This document shows positions 28,344 through 40,967 of a DNA stretch of 64,000 bases, one piece after another. The position numbers were made by a program, and so were the translations under genes. This DNA is from an uncultured bacterium (GTDB lineage Bacteria; Zhuqueibacterota; QNDG01; DSAB01). Position 1 is the stretch's first letter. Each line of letters opens with the position of its first letter. Below the pieces are notes generated by a model. That model had not been told where the DNA came from and searched no databases. It saw only the letters and a program-made list of their open reading frames with translations. Location: positions 15,331-79,330 of the forward strand of contig CAZIAH010000003.1 in assembly GCA_964537715.1 (NCBI GenBank), written 5' to 3'.

Positions 28344-29411
28344 TTATGCTCCTTTGAGTTCAGAGAGAAGCTCCTGGATCAGTTCTTTAACAGTGACGAT
28401 CTTATCAATACGATATGCATTCTGCCCGCAGAAAATAAGGCCGTGGTCCACATCCCCAAAATATGAATTCAAAAGAGCCAATGCAATACAATATCTCACT
28501 TTATCGACTTTACAGGCTGTGAGACATCTATAAGGACAATTTATCTTCAGTCTTCCTTTAACTTCCAGATCCTTTAAAAAACGATTTCTTATCGCCCTAC
28601 CAGGCATACCAACAGGACTTTTAATAATAACAATATCCTCTTTTTGGGAATCCAAATAAGCTTGTTTGAATTCCTGGGACACATCGCATTCTTCGGTACA
28701 GACAAAACGGGTTCCCATCTGAACACCAGAAGCGCCCAAGGAGAGCATTCGTGCAATATCTTTTCCATCATAAACACCGCCTCCAGTAATGACAGGAATT
28801 TTCTTTCCATATTTATCTTCATACGGTTTAATGGTTTCCAGGACTTCAGGCAGAAGCTTTTCGAGAGAGTACTCCTCTGGATGTTCCAGTTGCTCTTCGG
28901 AGAAACCGAGATGTCCTCCTGCAAGAGGTCCTTCCAGGATCAGTCCATCCGCGGTTCTTTCATACCGTTTGTCCCAGACTCGCAGGATCAATTCCGCAAC
29001 TCGGGCAGAACTGACGATGGGCACAAGATTCACACTGGGATCATCAACTAAAGCCGGAAGTTTTATTGGCAGTCCAGCACCGAAAACGATCATTTTGATC
29101 CCTTCCTTTACGGTCGTTTTAACCAGATCATCGACGTTGCTGAGCACACCCATAAAGTTTACTGCGAGACAGCCATCTGTCATGCTCCTGGCTTTTTGGA
29201 TTTCGTTCATGAGTGCTTCCCGGGATATCCTTTCATACTCCTGCTTTGAAGCTTCGAGATCTCCGAGACCAATACTGGAAATCGTGCCGATTCCACCTTC
29301 GTTTGCTACGGCTGAAGCCAGCGAGGCAAGAGAAACCCTGACGCCCATACCGCCCTGGACAATGGGTATATCTGCGGTAAGACTTGCGATTTGTAGTTTA
29401 GGGATTTCCAT
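28344..29411 (-). CDS. fabK: Enoyl-ACP reductase II FabK / nitronate monooxygenase family (FMN TIM barrel)
   Basis: NMO-family motifs (IVQGGMGVRVS, GAGLP); immediately downstream of fabF. Confidence 0.65.
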   Translation of the reverse strand: MEIPKLQIASLTADIPIVQGGMGVRVSLASLASAVANEGGIGTISSIGLGDLEASKQEYERISREALMNEIQKARSMTDGCLAVNFMGVLSNVDDLVKTTVKEGIKMIVFGAGLPIKLPALVDDPSVNLVPIVSSARVAELILRVWDKRYERTADGLILEGPLAGGHLGFSEEQLEHPEEYSLEKLLPEVLETIKPYEDKYGKKIPVITGGGVYDGKDIARMLSLGASGVQMGTRFVCTEECDVSQEFKQAYLDSQKEDIVIIKSPVGMPGRAIRNRFLKDLEVKGRLKINCPYRCLTACKVDKVRYCIALALLNSYFGDVDHGLIFCGQNAYRIDKIVTVKELIQELLSELKGA

Positions 29412-30653
29412 TTACTCTTCACATTTTTTAATAATGAGGCAGGCGTTGCCTCCACCGAAACCAAACGAATTACTCATCGCTGCATTCAAATCAACCGATT
29501 CTACACCATTGGTCACGTAATCAAGAGGGCAATCGGAATCAGGTTCTTTGTAATTGATGGTCGGGGGAATTTTGCCAGTATACACACTCATTACAGTCGA
29601 AACGAATTCCACAGCCCCTGCAGCTGCCATAAGATGACCAATCATCGATTTTATCGAGCTGACCTTTAAGACTTTCGCATGTTCGCCAAACACTTTCATA
29701 ATGGCTGCACTCTCACATTTATCATTCAAAACAGTGGACGTACCGTGTGCATTGATATATCCCACTTCTTTCGGATCAATACAAGCATCCCTGATTGCTG
29801 CTTGCATGACCCGGACCATTCCATCGCCCTGAGGATCAGGTGCTGTAAAGTGAAAGGCATCAGACGTATTGCCGTATCCAACAATTTCAGCATAGATTCT
29901 CGCTCCTCGCTTGAGAGCATGCTCTAGACTTTCCAAAACAACAATTCCGGCTCCTTCTCCCATCACAAATCCGTCACGATTTTTGTCAAAGGGTCTGCAG
30001 GCATTTTCGGCACTACTATTTTGAGACATGGATCGTGTGGCACAAAAACCTCCGTAGGCCAGGGGGGTTATGCAAGCTTCGGAACTTCCTGCAAGCATGA
30101 TGTCTGCATCTCCTCTCTGAAGAATTCGAAACGCATCGCCAACGGCGTTCGAGCCCGTAGAACAGGCCACAGAAGGAGCAGAAAGCGGACCTTTCAAACC
30201 ATATTTGATAGAAACCATACATGCTGCCATATTGACGAGCAGCATGGACACAAAAAACGGTGGTATACTTTTTGGCCCCTTCTCCTGGAGAAGAAAATAC
30301 CCGTCTTCGATCGTCTTTGAACCGCCGATACCAGAACCGATAATAACACCCGCGCGGGTTTTATCAAATGAGTAAGATTCAAGTCCTGCATCTTCGATGG
30401 CCATTGCAGAGGCCGCGATTCCAAACTGCGTGAAACGATCCATACGTCCTGCCGATTTCCTGTCAATCCATTCCTCAGCTTGAAAATCTTTTACCTCTGC
30501 CGCAAGCTTCGAACGAAAATCTGTCACATCAAAGTGGGTGACTTTCGCAATACCATTTCGCCCATCCTTTAATCCTTTCCACAAATCCTTTGTACCTATC
30601 CCAATCGGCGTTACAGCACCCAAACCTGTGATAACAACCCGATATTCTTTCAT
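29412..30653 (-). CDS. fabF: 3-oxoacyl-ACP synthase II
   Basis: Start MKEYRVVITGLGAV, active-site ACSTGSNA, HGTSTVLNDK, GHLMAAAG. Confidence 0.85.
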   Translation of the reverse strand: MKEYRVVITGLGAVTPIGIGTKDLWKGLKDGRNGIAKVTHFDVTDFRSKLAAEVKDFQAEEWIDRKSAGRMDRFTQFGIAASAMAIEDAGLESYSFDKTRAGVIIGSGIGGSKTIEDGYFLLQEKGPKSIPPFFVSMLLVNMAACMVSIKYGLKGPLSAPSVACSTGSNAVGDAFRILQRGDADIMLAGSSEACITPLAYGGFCATRSMSQNSSAENACRPFDKNRDGFVMGEGAGIVVLESLEHALKRGARIYAEIVGYGNTSDAFHFTAPDPQGDGMVRVMQAAIRDACIDPKEVGYINAHGTSTVLNDKCESAAIMKVFGEHAKVLKVSSIKSMIGHLMAAAGAVEFVSTVMSVYTGKIPPTINYKEPDSDCPLDYVTNGVESVDLNAAMSNSFGFGGGNACLIIKKCEE

Positions 30654-30812
30654 GACAGGAGATCCCCTAAACAAAACAGCTCACTATTTGCAACTGCCGA
30701 AGCTAAATTTGCCCTGGATATCCTGACTCCCATTCCTCCCTGTATTATGGGTGGATTGACTTCTATGTCCCCAATTTTTAAGGTGGGGAGTTTCTCGGTA
30801 TTTATCGGCTTC

Positions 30813-31388
30813 TTACCTTTCATTTGGTTTGTAGTTCAAGATCACCTTTTGGAAAAGTGCTGCCAGCTTTGTATTATCATAACTAATATTTCTGACGATC
30901 GATCTGGCACATTTCGATAATCTTTGATATCCCCATCTCATTCTAAAAGCAGTTTCTTTTTCAGAATTTCTTTGAAAATAGAAAGGTAAACTCACATCAA
31001 AGAATGAAATCCCATCCGCATCCTTCAAGATGTTTGCTTCTGAATTCCCTCCGGTTTCGTGTAAAATAACCAAATTAGTTACTTTATCTCTAATTGTCTT
31101 GTCAATGTTACATAATAACAAAATTTCATGTAATATCTTTGCACTTTTCTGGGAGTGTACCTTTTTAAACTCATCGTAGTCGGTGTAATCCTCTCGCCTT
31201 ATTTTCCGTTCACTCTCACTTCTCTCTATATCGTGTCCCAAGGCTGCTATTTGAAGTGCCATATCCGCTTCTGGTTTTAATTTCAAAACCCATTCTCTCG
31301 TATTTTTAGAATGTACTGGATCTTCAGCGACTTGAGATTTGGAAATGATCTTTTCAATTTGTGATTCAATTCTTTTAAGGATATTCAT
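30813..31388 (-). CDS. HD-domain phosphohydrolase
   Basis: H...HD motif (ALGHDIERSE). Confidence 0.55.
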   Translation of the reverse strand: MNILKRIESQIEKIISKSQVAEDPVHSKNTREWVLKLKPEADMALQIAALGHDIERSESERKIRREDYTDYDEFKKVHSQKSAKILHEILLLCNIDKTIRDKVTNLVILHETGGNSEANILKDADGISFFDVSLPFYFQRNSEKETAFRMRWGYQRLSKCARSIVRNISYDNTKLAALFQKVILNYKPNER

Positions 31389-31430
31389 GTCTCAACACTA
31401 CCAATCTTCTAATAGATTCAAAATTAAATA

Positions 31431-32174
31431 CTAGTGAAGCTCTTTATATCGATCCAATCGAAATTGTTTTCCCAAATAGATTTTTCTTGCCTCCTCATCA
31501 CTGGCCAAGAATTCCGAAGTACCTGATTTTAAAATTTTCCCCTGAAAAAGAAGATAGGATCGGTCCGTAATCGAAAGGGTTTCATGAACATTGTGATCCG
31601 TGATCAAGACGCCGATTCCTTTGTCTTTGAGATGCCGAACGATATTCTGTATCTCTTCCACTGCGATTGGGTCGATGCCTGCAAACGGCTCGTCAAGCAA
31701 TATAAATTTCGGACGAGTAACCAGAGCGCGCGTAATTTCGACACGGCGTCTCTCTCCTCCAGAAAGTGTGTCGGCTCTTTGATCGGCCAGTCGATCGATG
31801 GAAAGATCCTGTAATAAAAGTTCCAGTCTGTTTTTTTGTTCCCGTTTGTCCAGACCCATGGTTTCAAGAATGGCCAGGATATTTTCTTTGACTGTCAGCT
31901 TTCTAAAAACAGAAGGCTCCTGACACAGATAACCGATCCCCATCCTGGCCCGCTTGTACATCGGAAGATGGGTGATATCTTTCCCGTCATAATAAATTCT
32001 TCCGGAATACGGACGTATCATTCCCGTAATTATGTAGAATGTGGTCGTTTTACCTGCTCCGTTCGGACCCAAAAGCCCGACGACTTCTCCCTGTTTCACA
32101 TCAATGGTCACGCAATCCACAGCCCGTTTGCTGTGGTAGATTTTTACCAGATGTTCCGTTTCGAGTTTCGACAC
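31431..32174 (-). CDS. lptB: LPS export ABC transporter ATP-binding protein LptB
   Basis: Walker A GPNGAGKTT, signature LSGGERRR, Walker B ILLDEP. Confidence 0.85.
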   Translation of the reverse strand: MSKLETEHLVKIYHSKRAVDCVTIDVKQGEVVGLLGPNGAGKTTTFYIITGMIRPYSGRIYYDGKDITHLPMYKRARMGIGYLCQEPSVFRKLTVKENILAILETMGLDKREQKNRLELLLQDLSIDRLADQRADTLSGGERRRVEITRALVTRPKFILLDEPFAGIDPIAVEEIQNIVRHLKDKGIGVLITDHNVHETLSITDRSYLLFQGKILKSGTSEFLASDEEARKIYLGKQFRLDRYKELH

Positions 32175-32178
32175 CGAA

Positions 32179-33294
32179 TTAAAGCCTTTCTAAGGAATCG
32201 ACGGGAACCGTCTCCTTTTTATCCGAAACGGAAGATTCAATCGGAGTAAATAAACCCGTGCATTGTCCGGGATTGCTTTCTACGATGACCTTCTCCAAAC
32301 GATCTCTTTCGAAATCGAGCACGATCCTGTCTCCTGTAGTTGTATTTATACCTTGTTCCTTATCTTCTTCATCAAAAAGGTGATAAACACTGCTCGCCTG
32401 TCCATCGACAATCACCTGTTTGATCGTATCTCTGACAGCTTCAATCTGAATCGTCTTTCCTTTCAAAACATCCTGATAAACACTGTCTGTAGAAACCACC
32501 TGCGCGTTTCCCTGAATGGTTCCGCCCCTGAACTGTGTTCCCTCCAGACGGATGTCGATTTGATCTCCTCGCATTTCCCGGTTCTGCTTCCAAATCATGG
32601 GATTGTTTTTCAATACGAGTGTTTTCTCTTCGGAAAAATATTCGGCGTGTTCACAAACTGCCCTGAGATCCCCTTTGTCAATGGAAACACTGTCCGTTAC
32701 CAGAACCCGCTGCTCTTCTCCCCATGCTTCCATTTTCATTCCGTGAATAATCATTTCCTCACCGGAGGCGGTATCGATTTTCGACAGTTGCGGTCTGCCT
32801 TCGATGCGGCCGTAATCCGATTTGTGATCATAATAGGCCTGCTCCCCCCGCAATGTAACTTCCTCTATTAAATCCTTGATAATCACGTTCTTAAAGGCAT
32901 TCGATTCTTCGGTCTCCTGAGAATAAACAACTTTCTCGGCCTGAAGCTGCCGTGATCCGCTTTCAAGAATCACATGGCCGATGGCCGTTTCTGTACGGGT
33001 TTGACCATCATAATGAACCTCATCCCCAATGAGTGTCCGCTTCCCATCAAAAATAGAAACATTCCCATAGGCCACAACCCGATCCTCGTTTTCCCACCAG
33101 TGGGCCATGTCGCAAGTAATGTAGGCCGCTCCCTGAATAAGTTTTACATTTCCCGTCAATTTTAAAATCCGCTGGTGATCGAGCATCATGCTTACCAGAC
33201 TGTCTGCATGGATCAATTGCAGCCGATCCCGGCCAAAACAATGGCCCGAATTGAATACAATAAAACCAAGTACGATAGTTTTGACAAATTTCAT
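32179..33294 (-). CDS. lptA: LptA/OstA-like periplasmic LPS transport protein (extended)
   Basis: Signal peptide, OstA-like beta-jellyroll repeats, position between lptC and lptB. Confidence 0.5.
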   Translation of the reverse strand: MKFVKTIVLGFIVFNSGHCFGRDRLQLIHADSLVSMMLDHQRILKLTGNVKLIQGAAYITCDMAHWWENEDRVVAYGNVSIFDGKRTLIGDEVHYDGQTRTETAIGHVILESGSRQLQAEKVVYSQETEESNAFKNVIIKDLIEEVTLRGEQAYYDHKSDYGRIEGRPQLSKIDTASGEEMIIHGMKMEAWGEEQRVLVTDSVSIDKGDLRAVCEHAEYFSEEKTLVLKNNPMIWKQNREMRGDQIDIRLEGTQFRGGTIQGNAQVVSTDSVYQDVLKGKTIQIEAVRDTIKQVIVDGQASSVYHLFDEEDKEQGINTTTGDRIVLDFERDRLEKVIVESNPGQCTGLFTPIESSVSDKKETVPVDSLERL

Positions 33295-33941
33295 TCTTTT
33301 TTCTTTTCTTCGACAGGATGATCGACCGAAACATCCCGGGATGGAGCTCTTTCAAAAGATCGCTCCAGACTATCGATAGCCACTCTCCGCTGACTGATGC
33401 CCCAAGGTTTGAGAATCACCCAATGCCCTAAATCCGGTTCAGATTCCAGCCCTTTCCCGTAAAGCGTATCCTGCTCGTCAGTAATGATTGTCACGAGAGT
33501 GTCAGAAAGAATCTTCTCCCGTTTGTTGTCCCATTTAATGACTTCTGTCATGAGGGTCACACCGCTGTCCGAAACCACAACGACATCTCCAATCCCGATT
33601 ACATCTTCTGTTTTTTCATGATATTCCCCTTTATCGGAAACGAGATGCGATGTATGATTTCCATCAACGTCATAGAAATCGACCTCCACACCCTCATCAA
33701 AATAGACGATTTTCTGTGTTTCATACTTGGTCATGTGACCGTAATGCACAATGGCCTGAGGATGCCCCGCTTTTGAAATATACAGTTCCGAATTCCATCC
33801 TTCCTGTTCTGGAAGTTCCTTAATCTGTTTTGTTGTTTCTACAGGCTCTTCCCTTTTTTTCCCGCATGAAACAGGAAGAATGATTTGGCAAAACATGACA
33901 ATCAATACGATAAAAACAAATTTTGAACCCTCCAAACTCAA
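33291..33941 (-). CDS. lptC: LptC-like protein
   Basis: N-terminal TM anchor, about 200 aa, conserved position kdsD-kdsC...lptC-lptA-lptB. Confidence 0.45.
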   Translation of the reverse strand: MSLEGSKFVFIVLIVMFCQIILPVSCGKKREEPVETTKQIKELPEQEGWNSELYISKAGHPQAIVHYGHMTKYETQKIVYFDEGVEVDFYDVDGNHTSHLVSDKGEYHEKTEDVIGIGDVVVVSDSGVTLMTEVIKWDNKREKILSDTLVTIITDEQDTLYGKGLESEPDLGHWVILKPWGISQRRVAIDSLERSFERAPSRDVSVDHPVEEKKKE

Positions 33942-34897
33942 GCCAATCCCGCTTTCAGTAAATCGTGAATATGAACCATGCCGACAGGATTTTCTTTCTT
34001 GTCAACTACAATGAGTTGATTGACACTGAATTCCTCCATGGTCCGAAGCGCCTCCTCCGCCAAAACACCCGATTGGATACATTTCGGATATCGACACATG
34101 ATATCTTTGGCTTTTAGATTCCAGATGTCATGACTTTTTTCCATGAGACGCCGGAGATCACCGTCAGTAATGATGCCGACAAGTTTATTATTCTTATTCA
34201 TGACACAGGTAGCACCCAACCGTTTGGAAGAAATCTCCAAAATGGTCTCTGTGATCGGTGTTTTCGTATCGACTTTAGCAACATCCTCTTTCGTACGCAT
34301 AATTTCATCGACACGTAGAAAAAAACGTTTTCCGATATCGCCGGCCGGATGAAGCATGGCATAATCTTCCACACTCAACCCTCTTTCCTGAAACAGAGCC
34401 AGCGCCAGTGCATCCCCCATGACCAAGGCTGCTGTACTGCTTGATGTCGGAACGAGGTCATACGGACAGGCTTCTTCTTTCACACTGATGTCCAGGATCA
34501 CATTACTCTCTTTGCCTAAAGCAGAATCTGGATTCCCTGTCATAGTAATCACGGCACACCCCTGGCGCTTGAAAATTGGAAGGAGACAAAGAATCTCTTC
34601 GGTATTCCCGCTTTTGGAAATACAAATCACCACATCATCTTTCAAAACGACGCCCAGATCACCGTGCACCCCTTCGGCCGGATGGAGAAAAATAGCAGAA
34701 GTACCCGTACTGTTGAGTGTTGCAGCGATTTTTCTTCCGATAATCCCGGACTTCCCCATCCCCGTGATAATGATCCTACCTTTGCAGTTTAGCATGATAT
34801 CGACCGCTTTTTGAAATCGGTCATCGATACGGTCGATCAATGCCTGAATCGCTTCCGCTTCGATCCGAACGACTTCTTTTCCTTTTTGGATGCTCAT
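33938..34897 (-). CDS. kdsD: Arabinose-5-phosphate isomerase KdsD/GutQ (SIS plus tandem CBS)
   Basis: GMGKSG SIS motif, CBS pair. Confidence 0.85.
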   Translation of the reverse strand: MSIQKGKEVVRIEAEAIQALIDRIDDRFQKAVDIMLNCKGRIIITGMGKSGIIGRKIAATLNSTGTSAIFLHPAEGVHGDLGVVLKDDVVICISKSGNTEEILCLLPIFKRQGCAVITMTGNPDSALGKESNVILDISVKEEACPYDLVPTSSSTAALVMGDALALALFQERGLSVEDYAMLHPAGDIGKRFFLRVDEIMRTKEDVAKVDTKTPITETILEISSKRLGATCVMNKNNKLVGIITDGDLRRLMEKSHDIWNLKAKDIMCRYPKCIQSGVLAEEALRTMEEFSVNQLIVVDKKENPVGMVHIHDLLKAGLA

Positions 34898-34937
34898 GGT
34901 GACTCTAATTATTTTGTTTAATTATTATGCGTTTTAA

Positions 34938-35491
34938 TTACACCGCTGAACTATACACCCGCTCGAGTACGGCCTTCCATTGTTTTTGTGCTTTCAAAAT
35001 CAATTCGACGGTTTCCCGAACCGCCCCTTCGCCGCCTGAATGGGTAGTGACATAATCGGCGATCCGCTTGATTTCGGGACGCCCGTTGGCCACGACAACC
35101 GCGACACCAACATGTTTAAGCACACCCATATCCAGAACGTCGTCTCCGATATAGCAAACGGCCTGACGAGGAAGATCGTACCTCTCCAAAATATTGCGAA
35201 GACCCTCCAACTTGTCTGAAGCTCCCTGATAACAGATATCCACATGGAGTTCTTTTGCACGATGATCCACCACCTCGGAAGTTCGTCCCGTCAGAAATCC
35301 AACTTTTAACCCGCCCAGTCTCGCCAGGGTAATACCCATACCGTCCTGAACATCGTAGATTTTAAACTCCTGACCATTATTTCCCAGAATGATCCCACCG
35401 TCTGTCAAAACACCGTCCACATCCATCAGAAGTATTTTGATTTTCTTCAGTTTGGATAATAAAACAGATCGTTTGTTTGACGGCTGTTTTT

Positions 35492-35495
<4 letters not shown>
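34938..35495 (-). CDS. kdsC: KDO-8-phosphate phosphatase KdsC (HAD)
   Basis: LLMDVDGVLTDG HAD motif I. Confidence 0.8.
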
Positions 35496-38750
<3,255 letters not shown>

Positions 38751-38757
38751 TACAATT

Positions 38758-39066
38758 CTATTCCTGAGAAATCACCTTGGGCACACGAACGAAACCCTGT
38801 GCTTTTAACGGTGCATTCTGAAGCGCTTTATCCCTGGACAGCGAGGGCGCTACCTTGTCTTCTCTCATCACATCTCCGGAATATTGAACATAATAGGTCG
38901 GTTCGATATCCTCAGTGTCCAACTCGTTCAATTTCTGGACATAGGTGAGAATCTGATCCAACTGAGCGCAGTATTTTTCCTTTTCTTCTTCGCTGAGATG
39001 AAGCTTGGCCAGGGCCGCTATTTTTTCAACATCTTCGATTGTAACACGCATTTGATTCCACGACAA
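38758..39066 (-). CDS. gatC: Asp/Glu-tRNA amidotransferase subunit C
   Basis: About 100 aa, IEKIAALAKL...ELDTEDIEPT pattern. Confidence 0.8.
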   Translation of the reverse strand: MSWNQMRVTIEDVEKIAALAKLHLSEEEKEKYCAQLDQILTYVQKLNELDTEDIEPTYYVQYSGDVMREDKVAPSLSRDKALQNAPLKAQGFVRVPKVISQE

Positions 39067-39264
39067 TTTTTTACAAGGATAAAAATAATATACACTTTAG
39101 ACCAGACATTGTCAAGCCGAAAAACCGATCTGGCATGCTATTTGTACAATCTATTTCTATATCCCTTTTAACTGGTCATATGACACCCATTTCAGGATCA
39201 AATATCCGAAAATTTTTATAAATAATATGATTTCTGGGGAAAAGTGTTGTAGGTTAAAAAACAG

Positions 39265-39660
39265 CTATTGATGTGATTTATATTCGATTTCAGGCAACAC
39301 TTCTGAAACTGCGGTTTTAAGAAAATCACGCTCAATTAGATCCTGATTCACGATTTTGCCATCCCAGACCATGATATCCAAATCGATGATTCGGGGACCG
39401 TATTTGTTTGTGGTTCGGATTCGTCCCATTCCATTTTCGACCTCTTTGAGCCATTGATTCAATTCTTTCCGGGACATGTTCGTATCGATCAAAAAAACGC
39501 CGTTGGAGAAATCAGGCTGCTCGAGAAAACCAATCGGTTTAGTCTGCATAAATCTGGATTCCGAAATGAGCCGGTGCTCGCGCCGAATCATTTCCCGTGC
39601 GGCAGGAATGTGTTTTTCAGGATCGATATTTGATCCGACACTAATCACAACCCGGTGCAC
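39265..39660 (-). CDS. folK: 6-hydroxymethyl-7,8-dihydropterin pyrophosphokinase
   Basis: HPPK fold motifs (ISVGSNI, GPRIIDLDI). Confidence 0.8.
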   Translation of the reverse strand: MHRVVISVGSNIDPEKHIPAAREMIRREHRLISESRFMQTKPIGFLEQPDFSNGVFLIDTNMSRKELNQWLKEVENGMGRIRTTNKYGPRIIDLDIMVWDGKIVNQDLIERDFLKTAVSEVLPEIEYKSHQ

Positions 39661-40010
39661 TACGACCGCTCCGAGGAACAGACCACGGAAACGGAATCCG
39701 CAAACCGGAGTGCCTGAGGCTTGTCCACTTCGACTGTAGCACGTTTGACTTTCTTCTCTTTCAGCACAACCTTCAGGATCTGATTGGCCAAACGATCAAG
39801 AAGATAGTAACGTGCATTCTCGACCTCTTTGATGATCTTCCGTTTAATTTCCTTATAATTAACTGTATCATCGATGTGGTCGGATTCGGCAGCCTTTGTT
39901 CCGTCTAATTCCATTTCAACGTTGATGATAACATCCTGGGGCTGTTTCCGCTCCCAGTGCTGAATCCCGACAACAGTTCGTAGTCTGAGATTTTTGATAC
40001 GGATAATCAT
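39660..40010 (-). CDS. folB: Dihydroneopterin aldolase
   Basis: Start MIIRIKNLRLRTVVGI...E..Q; the 16-aa upstream extension in the ORF track is unlikely. Confidence 0.75.
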   Translation of the reverse strand: MIIRIKNLRLRTVVGIQHWERKQPQDVIINVEMELDGTKAAESDHIDDTVNYKEIKRKIIKEVENARYYLLDRLANQILKVVLKEKKVKRATVEVDKPQALRFADSVSVVCSSERS

Positions 40011-40021
40011 AATTGTCTCCT

Positions 40022-40735
40022 TCAGTTCAAATGCTCTCCTCCGTCCACATAGATACACTCTCCGGTAACAAACGAATTTTCGATGAGAAAACGAACGGCC
40101 GAAAACACATTTTGAGGATCACCCCGGTGCTGAAGGGGGATCTTCCGGCTCAACTTTTCAAATTCGGATTCGGAGAGATCCTTCGAGGGCAGAATCATAC
40201 CCGGACAGATTCCATTTATCCGGATGTGCGGCGCCAGCGCTTTGGCCGTCATTCGCATGAACTCGTAAAGTGCCTTTCTAGTGAGTCCATAGGTAAAATA
40301 ATTGATCATTTCTTTCGATATTTTTGTATCTAAGATATGGATGATCTGACCTTCCTGACAATGACGGACAAAATCTTGGGAAAGAAAAAAGGGGGCCTTG
40401 AAGTTGATATTCAGAAAACGGTCCAGCAATTCCGGATCGGTATCCAAAAACCGTGCCCGTTCGAATATGGATGCATTGTTGATCAGCAGATTGCACTCCG
40501 GGATTCTCTCGAAAACTTTGGGCATGAGTTGAATCACCTCACCGGTCTGATTCAAATCACACTGGAACAGAACACATTGAACGCCTTTTTTTTCAATCTC
40601 CGAAGCGGCGGACTGCGCCTCTTTTAACGAATGATTGTAATGGAGCGCAATATCGTATCCCATCTCGGCCAATCCGAAGGCAATGGCCCGTCCGATCCGT
40701 TTTGCCCCGCCGGTAACAAGTGCTCCACCTTTCAA
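40022..40735 (-). CDS. SDR-family oxidoreductase, possibly a FolM/PTR1-like pteridine reductase given the folK-folB context
   Basis: Rossmann motif ALVTGGAKRIGRAIA, NNAS. Confidence 0.6.
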   Translation of the reverse strand: MKGGALVTGGAKRIGRAIAFGLAEMGYDIALHYNHSLKEAQSAASEIEKKGVQCVLFQCDLNQTGEVIQLMPKVFERIPECNLLINNASIFERARFLDTDPELLDRFLNINFKAPFFLSQDFVRHCQEGQIIHILDTKISKEMINYFTYGLTRKALYEFMRMTAKALAPHIRINGICPGMILPSKDLSESEFEKLSRKIPLQHRGDPQNVFSAVRFLIENSFVTGECIYVDGGEHLN

Positions 40736-40967
40736 AATGCCTCCCTGTTGGAATACTGTTTTAGTTGAACTTTCGGATGTTGATCACACACTTCAATTAT
40801 AAAGTAAATTTAATTGAATGTCAAGCAATGTTACTGAGAAAGTAACGTTGAAATCCTTTCCAAATTCAGAAAAATCAGAGTACGGCAAAATGCTTCACTT
40901 CGCAAATCATGATTCACTGTTGGTCATTCGTAAATCAAATAATAGTTTTATCATCGAAAGAAATGAT

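Noticed and set aside
30770-30792. TCCCCA...TGGGGA hairpin between the HD-domain gene and fabF as a terminator
   Set aside because: It has no flanking U-run on the relevant strand and is probably incidental.
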